Program-made: the position numbers and the translations under genes
Assembly: GCA_964566225.1 (NCBI GenBank)
Contig: CAZMHV010000002.1
Location: forward strand, 231,489-295,488
Direction of reading: 5' to 3'
Length of the DNA: 64,000 nucleotides
Source of the DNA: an uncultured Gammaproteobacteria bacterium
Lineage (GTDB): Bacteria; Patescibacteriota; Patescibacteriia; Magasanikbacterales; UBA922
Part shown: one piece after another, positions 48,051 to 58,515 of the stretch
Layout of the letters: each line of letters begins with the position of its first letter
Numbering within the stretch: the stretch's first letter is position 1
The notes under the pieces: generated by a model
What the model was told of the DNA's origin: nothing
What the model saw: only the letters and a program-made list of their open reading frames with translations
Database searches by the model: none

Positions 48051-49931
48051 ATGTGCGGCATCAATGGTTTCAATTTCGTTGACCAACTCAAAATAGAACG
48101 CATGAATGAACGTACGAAACATCGTGGTCCTGATGATGGTGGTTTTTTGATTACTGAAAAGTGGTCATTTGGGCACAATAGACTTTCTATTATTGATCTT
48201 TCTCCACTCGGTCACCAACCCATGATTACTCCAGACGAAAAGTTTGCGATTGTTTTTAATGGTGAAATCTATAATTATCAAGAACTCAAACAAGAACTCA
48301 CTGCCAAAGGGTATCAGTTCAAATCCAAAAGTGACACTGAAGTTTTGCTCTCTGCGTTTCAAGAATGGGGGACAGAAATATTTCCACGCTTAAATGGAAT
48401 TTTTGCTTGTGCCGTTATTAACTTGAAAACAGAGCAGGTCTGGATTGCCCGAGACCACATGGGAGTGAAACCGTTGTACTATTACTATAAAGATGGAATT
48501 TTTATTTTTTCTTCGGAAGTAAAAGCCATACTGGAACACCAGGTTGATACTTCACTCAGTACTGACGCACTCAATATTTATTTTCGTTTTTTGTATGTGC
48601 CAGCGCCACTTACTCTGTGGCAAAATATTTATAAACTTCCTGCGGCGCACTATGCTACCATCAAAGATGGTCACATGAGTATTGAAAAGTATTGGCAAAT
48701 CAAGGAAACTCCTGTGATTGAAGATAAACCAATGTTGGAGCGAGAAATTCAAAGACTGTTAAAAGATTCTGTTCAAAAACAACTCGTCGCGGATCGACCC
48801 GTAGGTATTTTTTTGAGCGGGGGCATTGATTCTACGATCATTGCAGGTCTTGCGAGTGAAACAAGTCCACATATCAATACTTTTAGTGTTGGCTTTGAAG
48901 ATACGGAAGAAACCGAAAAATATAATAATGACGCACGTATTGCCAAGCAAACGGCAGCGCATTTTGGAACTACCCATCATGAGTTTATCCTTACTGCAGA
49001 AGATATTAAAAATAACTTGGAAAAGACAATTTATCACATGGATGAACCGATTTCGAATCATGTACAAACAGTGAACATGCTCCTTGCGAAGCATGCCTCC
49101 AAAATTGCTACTGTCGTTTTGGGGGGTGATGGAGGAGATGAGCTTTTTGGTGGATACGAACGATATTACTATAGTAGTCTCATTGATCGTTACCAAAAAC
49201 TTCCCCCTGCATTACGAAAAAGTAAATTGACAGAGGTGCTGTTCAAAGTTTCTGGCAAAAAAGATATTGTCTCCAAGTTGAACTGTCCTCGAGGTTTGGA
49301 GCGTTATTTTTCTTTTTTTTCACAAAAAGAAGAACACATTAAAAAATTTTTATTGCCACAGTATAATGACCCAGAGACTGCACGAGAATACTTTGGTGAA
49401 AAATTTTTTTCACATGTTCCATCCAAAGATTTTACTCGTGAGTTTATGCGAGTGGATTTGCAAACGTGGCTTCCCGACGAATCACTCGCGCGTTCGGACA
49501 AAATGACTATGGCAGCAGGACTCGAAGAGCGTGTACCATTTTTGGATTATCGTTTGGTGGAATTGGCTGACCGCATTCCGGTGGAATATAAACTCGGGCA
49601 CAAAGGGCTCAGTTTGTTGCAACGTGGCAAAGGCTACACAGGAAAAAAGATTTTAAAATCAGCCATGAAATCATACATTCCAGATTTTGTAGTAAAGCAG
49701 CCAAAGTGGGGATGGTTTTCTCCTGCGGCGAAGTGGATTCGTGGACCCCTGCACCCACTGATGCAAGAGACACTGTCGGCAGAATATAATCAGGGGACAG
49801 CCGATATGTTTGATTTTTCTGCCCTTCAGACTATGCTTGAAGACCATGTAAGTAAAAAACAGTATAACCTCAATATACTCTGGGCAGTGATGACTTTTCA
49901 ACTGTGGTATAGACAGTTTATGAAGGATTAG
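48051..49931 (+). CDS. asnB: Asparagine-synthase-like glutamine amidotransferase (probably glycan amidation)
   Basis: MCGING, HRGPD, FNGEIYN, FLSGGIDS, GDGGDELFGGY, RVPFLD. Confidence 0.9.
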   Translation: MCGINGFNFVDQLKIERMNERTKHRGPDDGGFLITEKWSFGHNRLSIIDLSPLGHQPMITPDEKFAIVFNGEIYNYQELKQELTAKGYQFKSKSDTEVLLSAFQEWGTEIFPRLNGIFACAVINLKTEQVWIARDHMGVKPLYYYYKDGIFIFSSEVKAILEHQVDTSLSTDALNIYFRFLYVPAPLTLWQNIYKLPAAHYATIKDGHMSIEKYWQIKETPVIEDKPMLEREIQRLLKDSVQKQLVADRPVGIFLSGGIDSTIIAGLASETSPHINTFSVGFEDTEETEKYNNDARIAKQTAAHFGTTHHEFILTAEDIKNNLEKTIYHMDEPISNHVQTVNMLLAKHASKIATVVLGGDGGDELFGGYERYYYSSLIDRYQKLPPALRKSKLTEVLFKVSGKKDIVSKLNCPRGLERYFSFFSQKEEHIKKFLLPQYNDPETAREYFGEKFFSHVPSKDFTREFMRVDLQTWLPDESLARSDKMTMAAGLEERVPFLDYRLVELADRIPVEYKLGHKGLSLLQRGKGYTGKKILKSAMKSYIPDFVVKQPKWGWFSPAAKWIRGPLHPLMQETLSAEYNQGTADMFDFSALQTMLEDHVSKKQYNLNILWAVMTFQLWYRQFMKD

Positions 49932-49970
49932 GGTATAATTCTCCAACCTCTTTACCTTTTACTTTTTTCT

Positions 49971-50615
49971 ATGAAGGGAAACGATATTTCGTGGTTTAGC
50001 TATATTAAATTTGGTATTATCAAATACACTCGTCGCACAGTGATGGCTACCATGTGCAAATTGATCCTCATGTGTTTACCAGTATGGAAAGATATTCAAA
50101 ATTACAAAAAAGAAGCCAAAAAAATTCCGCATTTTACCAAAGGCTATCGTCAATATTACAAGTTTCTGTCTATTTATCATAATATTCGCAAGTACAAACC
50201 GCAGTATGTCCTTGAATGTGGCAGCGGCCTAAGTACGATTATCATTTTGCGGGCGCTTAAAGAAAATGGCAGTGGCAAACTTATTTCAGTGGACGAGGAT
50301 GAGAAATTTGGCAACTATGTTTCCAAAATTGCTGGTGGAGACTTCAAGGTAAACATTTCACCATCACGTCCTGGAAATTATAAAGGGATTTCCGGAGATC
50401 AATACACTGCTATTCCAGAGTACCCTTATGATTTTCTGTTTATTGACGGTCCACAAACCAAAGAAGTAGACCTTGATACTTTTTATGTGCTCGAAAAAAA
50501 TCCCAATGCCCGTATGCTCATTGACTGTCGTATCAAAACCATTGACGCTATGCGTAAATTCTACCCAACCAAGTATAGTTATTTGACTAACATGGGATAT
50601 ATTAATTTTAAATAG
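49971..50615 (+). CDS. Methyltransferase-fold protein
   Basis: VLECGSGLST, FLFIDGP. Confidence 0.7.
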   Translation: MKGNDISWFSYIKFGIIKYTRRTVMATMCKLILMCLPVWKDIQNYKKEAKKIPHFTKGYRQYYKFLSIYHNIRKYKPQYVLECGSGLSTIIILRALKENGSGKLISVDEDEKFGNYVSKIAGGDFKVNISPSRPGNYKGISGDQYTAIPEYPYDFLFIDGPQTKEVDLDTFYVLEKNPNARMLIDCRIKTIDAMRKFYPTKYSYLTNMGYINFK

Positions 50616-50626
50616 GCTTTGACTGT

Positions 50627-51490
50627 ATGAAATTTTTCAAAGAAAAAACTAGTGAAGAACTGACCAGTAAAGTACAAAAATGGTGGAACGACAATCCGTT
50701 TACCTATCTCATGGATAATAAAAATATTACTCCAGACTGGGCATTCTTCCGAAACATTGATAGAAAAATTATTAAGTGGATGCCTTGGGCGCAAAAGGGG
50801 TACCCACTTCTTTCTACGGTTATTGATTATAGTAAACTCAAAGGCAAAAAAGTGCTTGACATTGGTATTGGAACGGGCTGGACCACAGAACAGCTTGTCC
50901 GCGCTGGTGCCGAAGTATATGCCATTGATCTTACTCCACAGGCAGTAGAACTTGCCAAAAAGCGGATGGAAATTAATCACCTCACTGGTGCCAACATTCA
51001 AGCGGCCGATGCTCAAAATCTTCCTTTTCCTGATGGCACGTTTGATTATGTTCTTGCTTTTGGTACTCTCATGCACATGCCCAATACAGAAAAAGCCGTG
51101 AGTGAAATATATCGCGTACTCAAACCAGGTGGTCAGGCTGCGGCCATGATGTATTACAAACATTCTCTGCACTGGTGGTATTATATTTTCTTTGCCAAAG
51201 GAATTGTACGCGGAAAACTTTTGAAAATGTCTCCGCAAGAACTCTCGAACCGTTACACTGACGGTGCGTACGAAGAAGGGAATCAGCTCACCAAATTTTA
51301 TAGTAAAAAAGAAATTCAAAAATTGTTTGGTGCGTTTAAAGAAGTAAAAATAATGGTTGATGACACAACCACTCCTGTAGATACATTTCCACATCGCTAT
51401 GTCCCACTGGGAAGTTTTTTGCCAGAACGACTCAAGAAATGGTTGGTGAAAAAGGTGGGGCAGACTTTGTGGATTGATGTGGTGAAATAA
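50627..51490 (+). CDS. Class I SAM-dependent methyltransferase
   Basis: VLDIGIGTG, DAQNLPFPDGTFD, YRVLKPGG. Confidence 0.9.
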   Translation: MKFFKEKTSEELTSKVQKWWNDNPFTYLMDNKNITPDWAFFRNIDRKIIKWMPWAQKGYPLLSTVIDYSKLKGKKVLDIGIGTGWTTEQLVRAGAEVYAIDLTPQAVELAKKRMEINHLTGANIQAADAQNLPFPDGTFDYVLAFGTLMHMPNTEKAVSEIYRVLKPGGQAAAMMYYKHSLHWWYYIFFAKGIVRGKLLKMSPQELSNRYTDGAYEEGNQLTKFYSKKEIQKLFGAFKEVKIMVDDTTTPVDTFPHRYVPLGSFLPERLKKWLVKKVGQTLWIDVVK

Positions 51491-51534
51491 AGTGAAGTTT
51501 GTAAGCGATAAGTTATAAGTTTATAAGTAGTTTG

Positions 51535-51560
51535 AAACCCGGCAGTGTGCTGGGTTTTTT
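51535..51560 (+). terminator. Intrinsic terminator
   Basis: GAAACCCGGCA-GTG-TGCTGGGTTTTTT. Confidence 0.75.
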
Positions 51561-51641
51561 GTTCCCCCTTTTCCATATATTGAACAATCGATATCTGACG
51601 GAGGAGAAGGGAATGGTGTGTTTTTTTGTATACAAAATTAT

Positions 51642-52415
51642 TTACTTTTTCCGGCACAGCACATAATGCATCTCACCCGCCCCTGGCACCAGCGATGCAA
51701 TCGACATAATTACTGCCCGCAGATTTTTTCGCCAATTCCGCCACCCCTTAAATTTGGTCAACAAATTTTTATTATATTTTTCCACTACTTCAAATCCACT
51801 TTTTTCACACATGTACACCAATTCTTTCATGGTATACTCTCGCCAATGCCCTGTAAAATTTTCTCCCGTTTCAAAAAATTCGTCGACTGGCCAGTTGGGT
51901 GACCGGCCAAGTAAGAAGCGGAGACGTTTTAACAGCGTTGCAGAATTTGGAGTGGTAAGAAGTAAATATCCACCTGGTTTCAAAAGTTGCTGTGCTGCAG
52001 TAAAAAATTTTTTTGGATCTTTGAGGTGTTCAATCATGGCTTCACTGATAATGACATCTACTGGTTGTAAATCAGGAGGAAGTTCAGCGTTATAAATATT
52101 ACTGTTATATACTTTTACATTATTTTCACTCCAAATTTTTTGTAAAGTATCAATTTCTGAAATACCAAACATTTTGTTGTCTGATTCGGGAAAAATAAAA
52201 TAATCAAGTCCACTCACATCAACACCAAGATTGTGGAGTGCGAGTGGCATAATTCCAATACCGGTTCCAATATCTAAAAATGTTTTTTTCTCAAAGTCGG
52301 GGAGTGACTGGAGGAGTTCCAAAGAAAATAAATAGCGTTCAAAATCGACCCCATACTTTTTGGAAGAAGGGAAAAGGGCGTGATAGGCTTGGCCAAGGGC
52401 TTTATGGGTATTCAT
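51642..52415 (-). CDS. Class I SAM-dependent methyltransferase
   Basis: FLDIGTGIG, IEHLKDP, LLKPGG..LLTTPN, HWREYT. Confidence 0.88.
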   Translation of the reverse strand: MNTHKALGQAYHALFPSSKKYGVDFERYLFSLELLQSLPDFEKKTFLDIGTGIGIMPLALHNLGVDVSGLDYFIFPESDNKMFGISEIDTLQKIWSENNVKVYNSNIYNAELPPDLQPVDVIISEAMIEHLKDPKKFFTAAQQLLKPGGYLLLTTPNSATLLKRLRFLLGRSPNWPVDEFFETGENFTGHWREYTMKELVYMCEKSGFEVVEKYNKNLLTKFKGWRNWRKNLRAVIMSIASLVPGAGEMHYVLCRKK

Positions 52416-52539
52416 AGTAGACCTAGTATAGACAAAGCTCTGAAATTTTTCAATGCCCATTGGCCATCTTTCAAGATTTTCTCACCTTGCTTTGCCTGCC
52501 ACCTTTTGGTACACTGGGTGCAGATTAGACTCCTCAAAT

Positions 52540-53346
52540 ATGGAAAAAATCCCCTGTACTGTAGAAATACTCACTCTCAATAATGAAAAGACAATTGAAA
52601 AGGCACTTGAAAGTGTCAAAGATTTTGCTGAGATTCTTTTGATTGATGGCAATAGTAGTGATCACACTTTGGAGATTGCCAAAAAATTTGGTGCACGAAT
52701 TATTCCACAACAAGATATCACAGAAAAAAATATTCGTATTAGCGATTATAGTGCTGTGCGTAACAAGGGACTCCAGCAAGCAACTTACCCATGGTTTTTG
52801 TTTATTGACAGTGACGAATACTTGTCGCCAGAAGCCGTGGAAGAAATTCGTACGATTATTGCACACATTCCACCACGTCCACGTGTCTATCGTTTGCCAA
52901 GAAAGTTTGTGGTAGATGGAAATATTATTGAACGCGCCTCTGTGTATCCCAATTATCAGATCAGACTTTTTCATCGTGACTGTGTGACACAATTTATCAA
53001 ATCTATTCACGAAACCATTGAAGTAAAACCAGAGTGCGTCATTCATAAATTGCGTTCACCCGAATACGTTCCCATGCCTGCACTACCCGTGATTCGAAAA
53101 AAGTGGAGTCACTACCTTGATATGCAGCAAGAAGCTTTGAAAGATTTGACTACCAAACGGTGGCTGCAAGGCCTCAAAGCCAATACCAAAAAGTTTTGTG
53201 CCTATACTGTTAAATATGTACTCACCTTTGTGCGCGGGAGTGGCAAACGTATGCCATTTTGGTATGAATTTTATAATGCAACGTACCATCTGCGTTTAAT
53301 GGGAAGAATTACTATAAATTGTTTTCGAAAAATTTTTAAAAAATAA
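52540..53346 (+). CDS. GT2 glycosyltransferase
   Basis: ILTLNNE, IDGNSSDHT, WFLFIDSDE, QIRLF, IHE. Confidence 0.88.
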   Translation: MEKIPCTVEILTLNNEKTIEKALESVKDFAEILLIDGNSSDHTLEIAKKFGARIIPQQDITEKNIRISDYSAVRNKGLQQATYPWFLFIDSDEYLSPEAVEEIRTIIAHIPPRPRVYRLPRKFVVDGNIIERASVYPNYQIRLFHRDCVTQFIKSIHETIEVKPECVIHKLRSPEYVPMPALPVIRKKWSHYLDMQQEALKDLTTKRWLQGLKANTKKFCAYTVKYVLTFVRGSGKRMPFWYEFYNATYHLRLMGRITINCFRKIFKK

Positions 53347-53347
53347 T

Positions 53348-53962
53348 ATGACACCTTGGGACAATTTTTTTAAAGAAAAAATTACAAAAATCTTTACAGA
53401 TAAAAAACTCATCATCGACATTGGTGGGGGACTGCGAGTGCTCAAAGGCAAAGGAAATCGTTATGATGCTACGCGTGAATGGGTGGTGCCATACCTGCAA
53501 AATGTGCAATACAAAATTCTTGACCCAGTGCCAGACTATGATCCAGATATTGTAGGCGACATTCACAAGCTTCCACTTGAAGATAATTCTGTCGATGCCA
53601 TTATTTGTATTGCAGTGCTTGAACATGTTGAAGATCCATTTCAGGCCATGCGTGAAATATATCGTGTTCTCAAACCTGGTGGTTATTGTTTTCTCTATGT
53701 TCCATTTTTGTTTTACTACCATGCCGAAGTGGGATATTATAAAGATTTTTGGCGCTATACCGAAGATGGTGTGAAGCAACTCTGCAAGGCCTTTCCGACC
53801 GTTGAATATCAGAGTGTGCGCGGAGCTACGGGTACCTGGCTGCACCTGTCGCCACTCGGTCGTTTGAAGATGGTAAAATGGCTGGGTGCCAAACTCGATA
53901 TTCTTCTCAAAAAGCAAACCAGTAAGCAGGTGAGTGGATTTAATATTTTTTTGGTAAAATAG
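53348..53962 (+). CDS. Class I SAM-dependent methyltransferase
   Basis: IDIGGG, GDIHKLP, VLEHVEDP, RVLKPGG, DFWRYT. Confidence 0.88.
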   Translation: MTPWDNFFKEKITKIFTDKKLIIDIGGGLRVLKGKGNRYDATREWVVPYLQNVQYKILDPVPDYDPDIVGDIHKLPLEDNSVDAIICIAVLEHVEDPFQAMREIYRVLKPGGYCFLYVPFLFYYHAEVGYYKDFWRYTEDGVKQLCKAFPTVEYQSVRGATGTWLHLSPLGRLKMVKWLGAKLDILLKKQTSKQVSGFNIFLVK

Positions 53963-54000
53963 TCTAAAAAATACGCTAGGTAAAGGTAAAAATTTACTAT

Positions 54001-54040
54001 TTGAACTTTCTTGACACCTTTTGACACTTTATGGTACTAT
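54001..54040 (+). promoter_or_regulatory. Promoter overlapped by 10-bp-phased direct repeats
   Basis: TTGAACTTTC-TTGACACCTT-TTGACACTTT; TTGACA-18 nt-TACTAT with TG extension. Confidence 0.55.
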
Positions 54041-54068
54041 TGATCCACTGATCTTGGTACCATTTTTT

Positions 54069-54317
54069 ATGCTAGAAGAAATTAAAGAAAATGCAGTCTA
54101 TACCACCACCGAAGCCCAGTCTCTCCTCAAAGTGAGTGAGAGTACTATGAAGCGTCTTCTCAAAAAAGGCATTCTTCGGGCCAATAAGGTAGGGGGTCAG
54201 TACCGTATTTTAGGCAAAGAACTACTCCGCTTGATTTCTCCAGAACTTGAGCAAAAATCTATCAAGGCATATTTGAAAGTCAAAAAACGAGCTGTAGATG
54301 TAATTAACAAATGGTAA
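54069..54317 (+). CDS. Small excisionase-like HTH_17 (BldC-like) regulator
   Basis: YTTTEAQSLLKVSESTMKRLLKKG.LRANKVGGQYRI. Confidence 0.85.
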   Translation: MLEEIKENAVYTTTEAQSLLKVSESTMKRLLKKGILRANKVGGQYRILGKELLRLISPELEQKSIKAYLKVKKRAVDVINKW

Positions 54318-54318
54318 T

Positions 54319-55449
54319 ATGAAAATACTCTACATTGCTAACTCACGCATGCCTACCGAAAAAGCCCATGGGCTTCAGATTGTAAAAACTATGGAAGCAT
54401 TTTTGCTGCAGGGGGCTGAGGTAGAATTGGTGTTACCCAGACGAAGAAATCATATAGAGCAAAGTATTCAAGAATTTTATCAGGTACAAGGTGTGCCTAC
54501 AATTCATTGGATAGGAAATTATTTTGGATGGCTTGAAACTCTCTGGCATCAAGGATATTTTTCTCTCCAAAGAATGGGTTTTGGGGTGATGGCGTTTTGG
54601 TATGCTCTTTGCAAGAGGGGGTATATCATCTATTCCCGTGAAATTACGCTTTGTTTTTTCTTGTCTCTCTGTGGAAAGAAGGTTGTATTTGAGGACCATG
54701 AACCAAAAAAAAGTTTTGGTTTTGTGTATGATTTTTTTCTGCGCTGTATTCCAAAGAAAGTAATTGTAGCTGAGCTGTTGCAAGAAAGATATGCTGCTGC
54801 AGGAGTAAAAGAAAAGAGTTTTGTGCTCGCTCCCAATGGAGTTGACTTGAAAGAATTTCAAAATGGCACTCAGAGAGAAATCTGGCAAAATGTTTTTTCT
54901 TTGCAACGAAGTGAAAAAATTGTTTTGTATGTAGGGCACTTTTATCCGTGGAAAGGTGTGTATACACTGCTCGACGCTGCTGCACACATTGATGGGATAG
55001 TGGTTCTCGTTGGTGGTATTGAACAAGATAGAAAAAAAGTAGAACAGTATATTGCTCAAAAAAATATTCGTAATGTGGTGGTGCATCCATTTTTGCCACA
55101 CCATGAAGTGGTTCCCTTTATTCAGTCAGCCGATGTGGTAGTATTACCCAATACTAGTCAAGAAGAACGTTCTCAAAAATATACTACTCCTATTAAACTT
55201 TTTGAATACTTGGCAAGTGGCGTGCCACTGGTTGCCAGTCGTTTGCCCAGTTTTCAAAAATATTTGCACCATGAAAAAAATTGTTTGTTGGTGAATCCAG
55301 ATGAACCCCAGGCTTTGGCAAATGTAGTCAATATTTTATTACATGATGCAACCGTAGGTCGTATTTTGGTCTCACAAGCCAAACAAGATGTGCAGCAGTG
55401 GACCTGGAATTCCAGAGCACAAAAAATTCTTTCCTTTCTTCAAACATAG
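54319..55449 (+). CDS. GT4 glycosyltransferase
   Basis: RMPTEKAHGLQI, PNGVD, YPWKG, PIKLFEYLASG. Confidence 0.88.
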   Translation: MKILYIANSRMPTEKAHGLQIVKTMEAFLLQGAEVELVLPRRRNHIEQSIQEFYQVQGVPTIHWIGNYFGWLETLWHQGYFSLQRMGFGVMAFWYALCKRGYIIYSREITLCFFLSLCGKKVVFEDHEPKKSFGFVYDFFLRCIPKKVIVAELLQERYAAAGVKEKSFVLAPNGVDLKEFQNGTQREIWQNVFSLQRSEKIVLYVGHFYPWKGVYTLLDAAAHIDGIVVLVGGIEQDRKKVEQYIAQKNIRNVVVHPFLPHHEVVPFIQSADVVVLPNTSQEERSQKYTTPIKLFEYLASGVPLVASRLPSFQKYLHHEKNCLLVNPDEPQALANVVNILLHDATVGRILVSQAKQDVQQWTWNSRAQKILSFLQT

Positions 55450-55451
55450 CT

Positions 55452-56816
55452 ATGTCTTCAAATCGAAAAAAAATTCTGGAAGGCTTATTTCTCTACTCAT
55501 TTAGTCGCACTGGCGTGAAAGTTTTTGCATTTCTTTCATTTTTGTTTATTACCAAAGGGTTATCACTGTCAGAGTATGGTCAGCTGCAACTTTTTTTTGC
55601 GGTGCTTGCTCCAGCCAGTGCTTTGATCTCACTGAATCTTGATAAATTGGTGGTAGCTGATGCTGCGGCACTTCGCGGACAGAATTCCACTCACAAAGCT
55701 CAACGACTTTTTAAACAATATTTTTCTTTAAGTAGCATACTTTTCGTGCTCGTACTCGGTCTAGGTTTTGCTGCCCACAATTTTCTTTCGAACTATTTCA
55801 AAGTTGATTTGTCACTCTATTTTTGGCCTGTGGCCGCTTTGATTATTGGACAACTGGTAATGAATTTTGCCTCAATGGTTTTTACAGCGTTTGAACATTT
55901 TCGTGGTGTAGCCATTCTCCAAATTGGTGAAGCTGTTGCACGCTTACTATTTGTTCTTTTGTTCTTTTTTACTGATCAGATCACGGTTCTGACTATTTTG
56001 TGGGCATATGTTGGTTCTAAGTTTGTAGTACCTGTTCTTACTTTTCCTTGGGTGCTGCGTCTCCTGAAAGCTCCTGTCGGAACCGAGAGTAAAGAAAATT
56101 TGCTTGGTGCTATTTTAAAGCGTCATGGTAAATGGGAAGTAAGTAATGGTATGGTTGATACCCTGGTAGGCAATCTCTGGCCTTGGATACTTAACTTTTT
56201 TGGTGGCACAGTGGCTGTGGGGGTGTATGGCTTTGCAGAAAAAATCATTAGTTTTATCAATGCTGGGTTGCCAGTTGACGCTGTTCTCTTTCCTATTATT
56301 AGTCGAAGTGTTAAAGAAAAAAAAGAAGTGGCCAAGCTTATTATTATCAAAGCCAAAAAATATACTTTTTTCTTGCTCTTGTTCACTTTTATTTTAGGTT
56401 CACTTTTGGTAAAGCCTGTGATAGAATTTTTTGTGCCTCAATACGTGGGCGCGGTTCCTTATATTATTGTACTCATGTTTAACCTGTGTCTGGGTGTATT
56501 TGCTATTGGTCAGTCAGCCGTGCTCTATGCATACCAACAACAAAAAGTTATGTTTGGCGCGCGTGGTATTATTTTAACGGCTCGACTGGTGCTTCAAATC
56601 GTGTTGGTTTCCCTTTTTGGTATTTGGGGATTAGTATTTTCTGTGATCTGTATGGACTTTTTAACTTCAGCTATACGTGAGTATATTTTACGTAAACGAC
56701 TCAACTTTTCACTCTGGGAATGGGAGCCTTTCTTTACCTTTGACCAGTATGATAGAATAGTGCTGCAATCTTTGCGCGAAAAAGCATTAAAAATTTTCCG
56801 TCGATCTCAATCTTAA
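55452..56816 (+). CDS. Wzx-type oligosaccharide flippase
   Basis: About 12 TM segments, LSLSEYG, VGVYGFA, LFPIIS. Confidence 0.8.
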   Translation: MSSNRKKILEGLFLYSFSRTGVKVFAFLSFLFITKGLSLSEYGQLQLFFAVLAPASALISLNLDKLVVADAAALRGQNSTHKAQRLFKQYFSLSSILFVLVLGLGFAAHNFLSNYFKVDLSLYFWPVAALIIGQLVMNFASMVFTAFEHFRGVAILQIGEAVARLLFVLLFFFTDQITVLTILWAYVGSKFVVPVLTFPWVLRLLKAPVGTESKENLLGAILKRHGKWEVSNGMVDTLVGNLWPWILNFFGGTVAVGVYGFAEKIISFINAGLPVDAVLFPIISRSVKEKKEVAKLIIIKAKKYTFFLLLFTFILGSLLVKPVIEFFVPQYVGAVPYIIVLMFNLCLGVFAIGQSAVLYAYQQQKVMFGARGIILTARLVLQIVLVSLFGIWGLVFSVICMDFLTSAIREYILRKRLNFSLWEWEPFFTFDQYDRIVLQSLREKALKIFRRSQS

Positions 56817-56833
56817 TTTTTATTGGTACCTGT

Positions 56834-57745
56834 ATGAAGTTTCCCTTCAAAAAACAGATTATCAGTCTGCAAGACAAATGGAGATTTTTTTGGACTTCAG
56901 CCAAAATACGCCTGGCCTACCGTATTGGGCAACGTCGATTTCCTCAATTAAGAAAAAAAGGCATACCCCATGCAATTCATTTGGGGGTAGTTGGTATTAG
57001 TGGAAATGAAAAATCGGGTATTATTTTGCCACCAAATTATTTGCAAATTGTTGAAGAATTTTACCAAGATGCTAAACAGCGTTTTGCACAGACAAAAAAC
57101 TGTCGTCTTCGTTCTGCGAGTGATGATGTAAATAAAAAGATTGCACTCGGTAACCTTCCAGAAAAGCTTGACGATGTGGAAGAAATACAGAAAGGGCTTA
57201 TCAGTACTGTTCGATTGGCTTACACTCTTGATTTAAAAAATCTGCAGGAAATTTGTAATATTTTACTCCCTCAAGTTGAAGAAAATATTTATCATTCACC
57301 AATTATTGTAGAAAAAGTCACTGTATATCGTCATCTCACTTCTGCATTGCCAGAATATGCCTCTATATTGTGGCATGCTGACAACCATTTTGAAGAAGTG
57401 ACCAAGATTATGATTTACCTCAGTGATGTTGGTGAAAAACAAGCTCCTTTTGAATATCTTCGACACAAAGAAACAGGTGGTGTTATCCACATTCAGCCGG
57501 CTATGCCGCAAAAATATCCGAGTGGAAGAATTCCAAAAGAGGTAATTGATAATGCCTTGCAAAATGGTTATGAGTCTTATAAAGTACTGGGACCAAAAGG
57601 AACAACCATGATATTTGACGATAAAATTATTCACAAGGGGAACTATGCCAAAGAGGGGTATAGAGATGTGCTCGTATTGCAGCTTCGTCCGGTAGCCAAG
57701 GCTTACCCTCGTTATCTTGATCCAGCTTGGACCACTTCATTTTAA
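56834..57745 (+). CDS. PhyH-like Fe(II)/2-oxoglutarate dioxygenase
   Basis: WHAD, KIMIYLSDV, GPKGT.MIFD..IIHKG, distal R. Confidence 0.7.
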   Translation: MKFPFKKQIISLQDKWRFFWTSAKIRLAYRIGQRRFPQLRKKGIPHAIHLGVVGISGNEKSGIILPPNYLQIVEEFYQDAKQRFAQTKNCRLRSASDDVNKKIALGNLPEKLDDVEEIQKGLISTVRLAYTLDLKNLQEICNILLPQVEENIYHSPIIVEKVTVYRHLTSALPEYASILWHADNHFEEVTKIMIYLSDVGEKQAPFEYLRHKETGGVIHIQPAMPQKYPSGRIPKEVIDNALQNGYESYKVLGPKGTTMIFDDKIIHKGNYAKEGYRDVLVLQLRPVAKAYPRYLDPAWTTSF

Positions 57746-57762
57746 TTTTTATTGTTTAGGAT

Positions 57763-58515
57763 ATGGAAAAGATTCCTTCTGTGCGAGAACTTCGTGGTTT
57801 GTGCCAATCAACCGCACCAAATCCAGCACGTGAAAGTTTTACTGGAAAGTTTTCTCGTAAATTTTCTATTTTGTTTACCTGGCTTTTGCTCCACACCAAT
57901 ATTACCCCAAATCAGATTACAGTTTTGAGTGTGCTCGTGTTTTTTGCGGGCACTACCATGTTTTTGAAAAATGACTTTTGGTGGAATATTGGTGGATCAT
58001 TGGTTATCTTTTTTTCTATTATTCTGGATGGGTGTGATGGTGAAGTGGCTCGCTTTCGTAAACGTCCGAGTTTGGTTGGTACCAATTATGTAGAACCAGT
58101 AAGTCATGATATCCAATATGGATTTATGTTTCCTCTCTTAGGATTTGGTTTGTACTACTTTCAAGGCTTTTCATTTTTGTATGTGCTTCTTGGAGTTATT
58201 GCTGGGATGACCAAAATGCAGTATCGATTTTTGGAAATTCGTTTTTGGCTCCTGCAAAATGCCAAAGAAACTATTACCGATGCAAAGATTGAACAAATGA
58301 AAGAAAACTATAAAAAACAACCCGCCTCTGTACGTTTATTGTACTGGGTAAATAAAAATTTTTTTAGTTCTACTGGAGTGTTTTTACTTATCTTTATTTG
58401 TTCTGTTATCAATCGTATTGACTTGTATTTGTGGATTTTTGCTGTTGCTTATACAAGTCTCTGGTTATTATTGTTTGCCAAACAAGTCTATAAAATTTCT
58501 ACTGAAAAAATATGA
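57763..58515 (+). CDS. CDP-alcohol phosphotransferase family protein
   Basis: TPNQIT and LDGCDGEVAR...G; the second Asp motif is divergent (EPVSHD). Confidence 0.85.
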   Translation: MEKIPSVRELRGLCQSTAPNPARESFTGKFSRKFSILFTWLLLHTNITPNQITVLSVLVFFAGTTMFLKNDFWWNIGGSLVIFFSIILDGCDGEVARFRKRPSLVGTNYVEPVSHDIQYGFMFPLLGFGLYYFQGFSFLYVLLGVIAGMTKMQYRFLEIRFWLLQNAKETITDAKIEQMKENYKKQPASVRLLYWVNKNFFSSTGVFLLIFICSVINRIDLYLWIFAVAYTSLWLLLFAKQVYKISTEKI

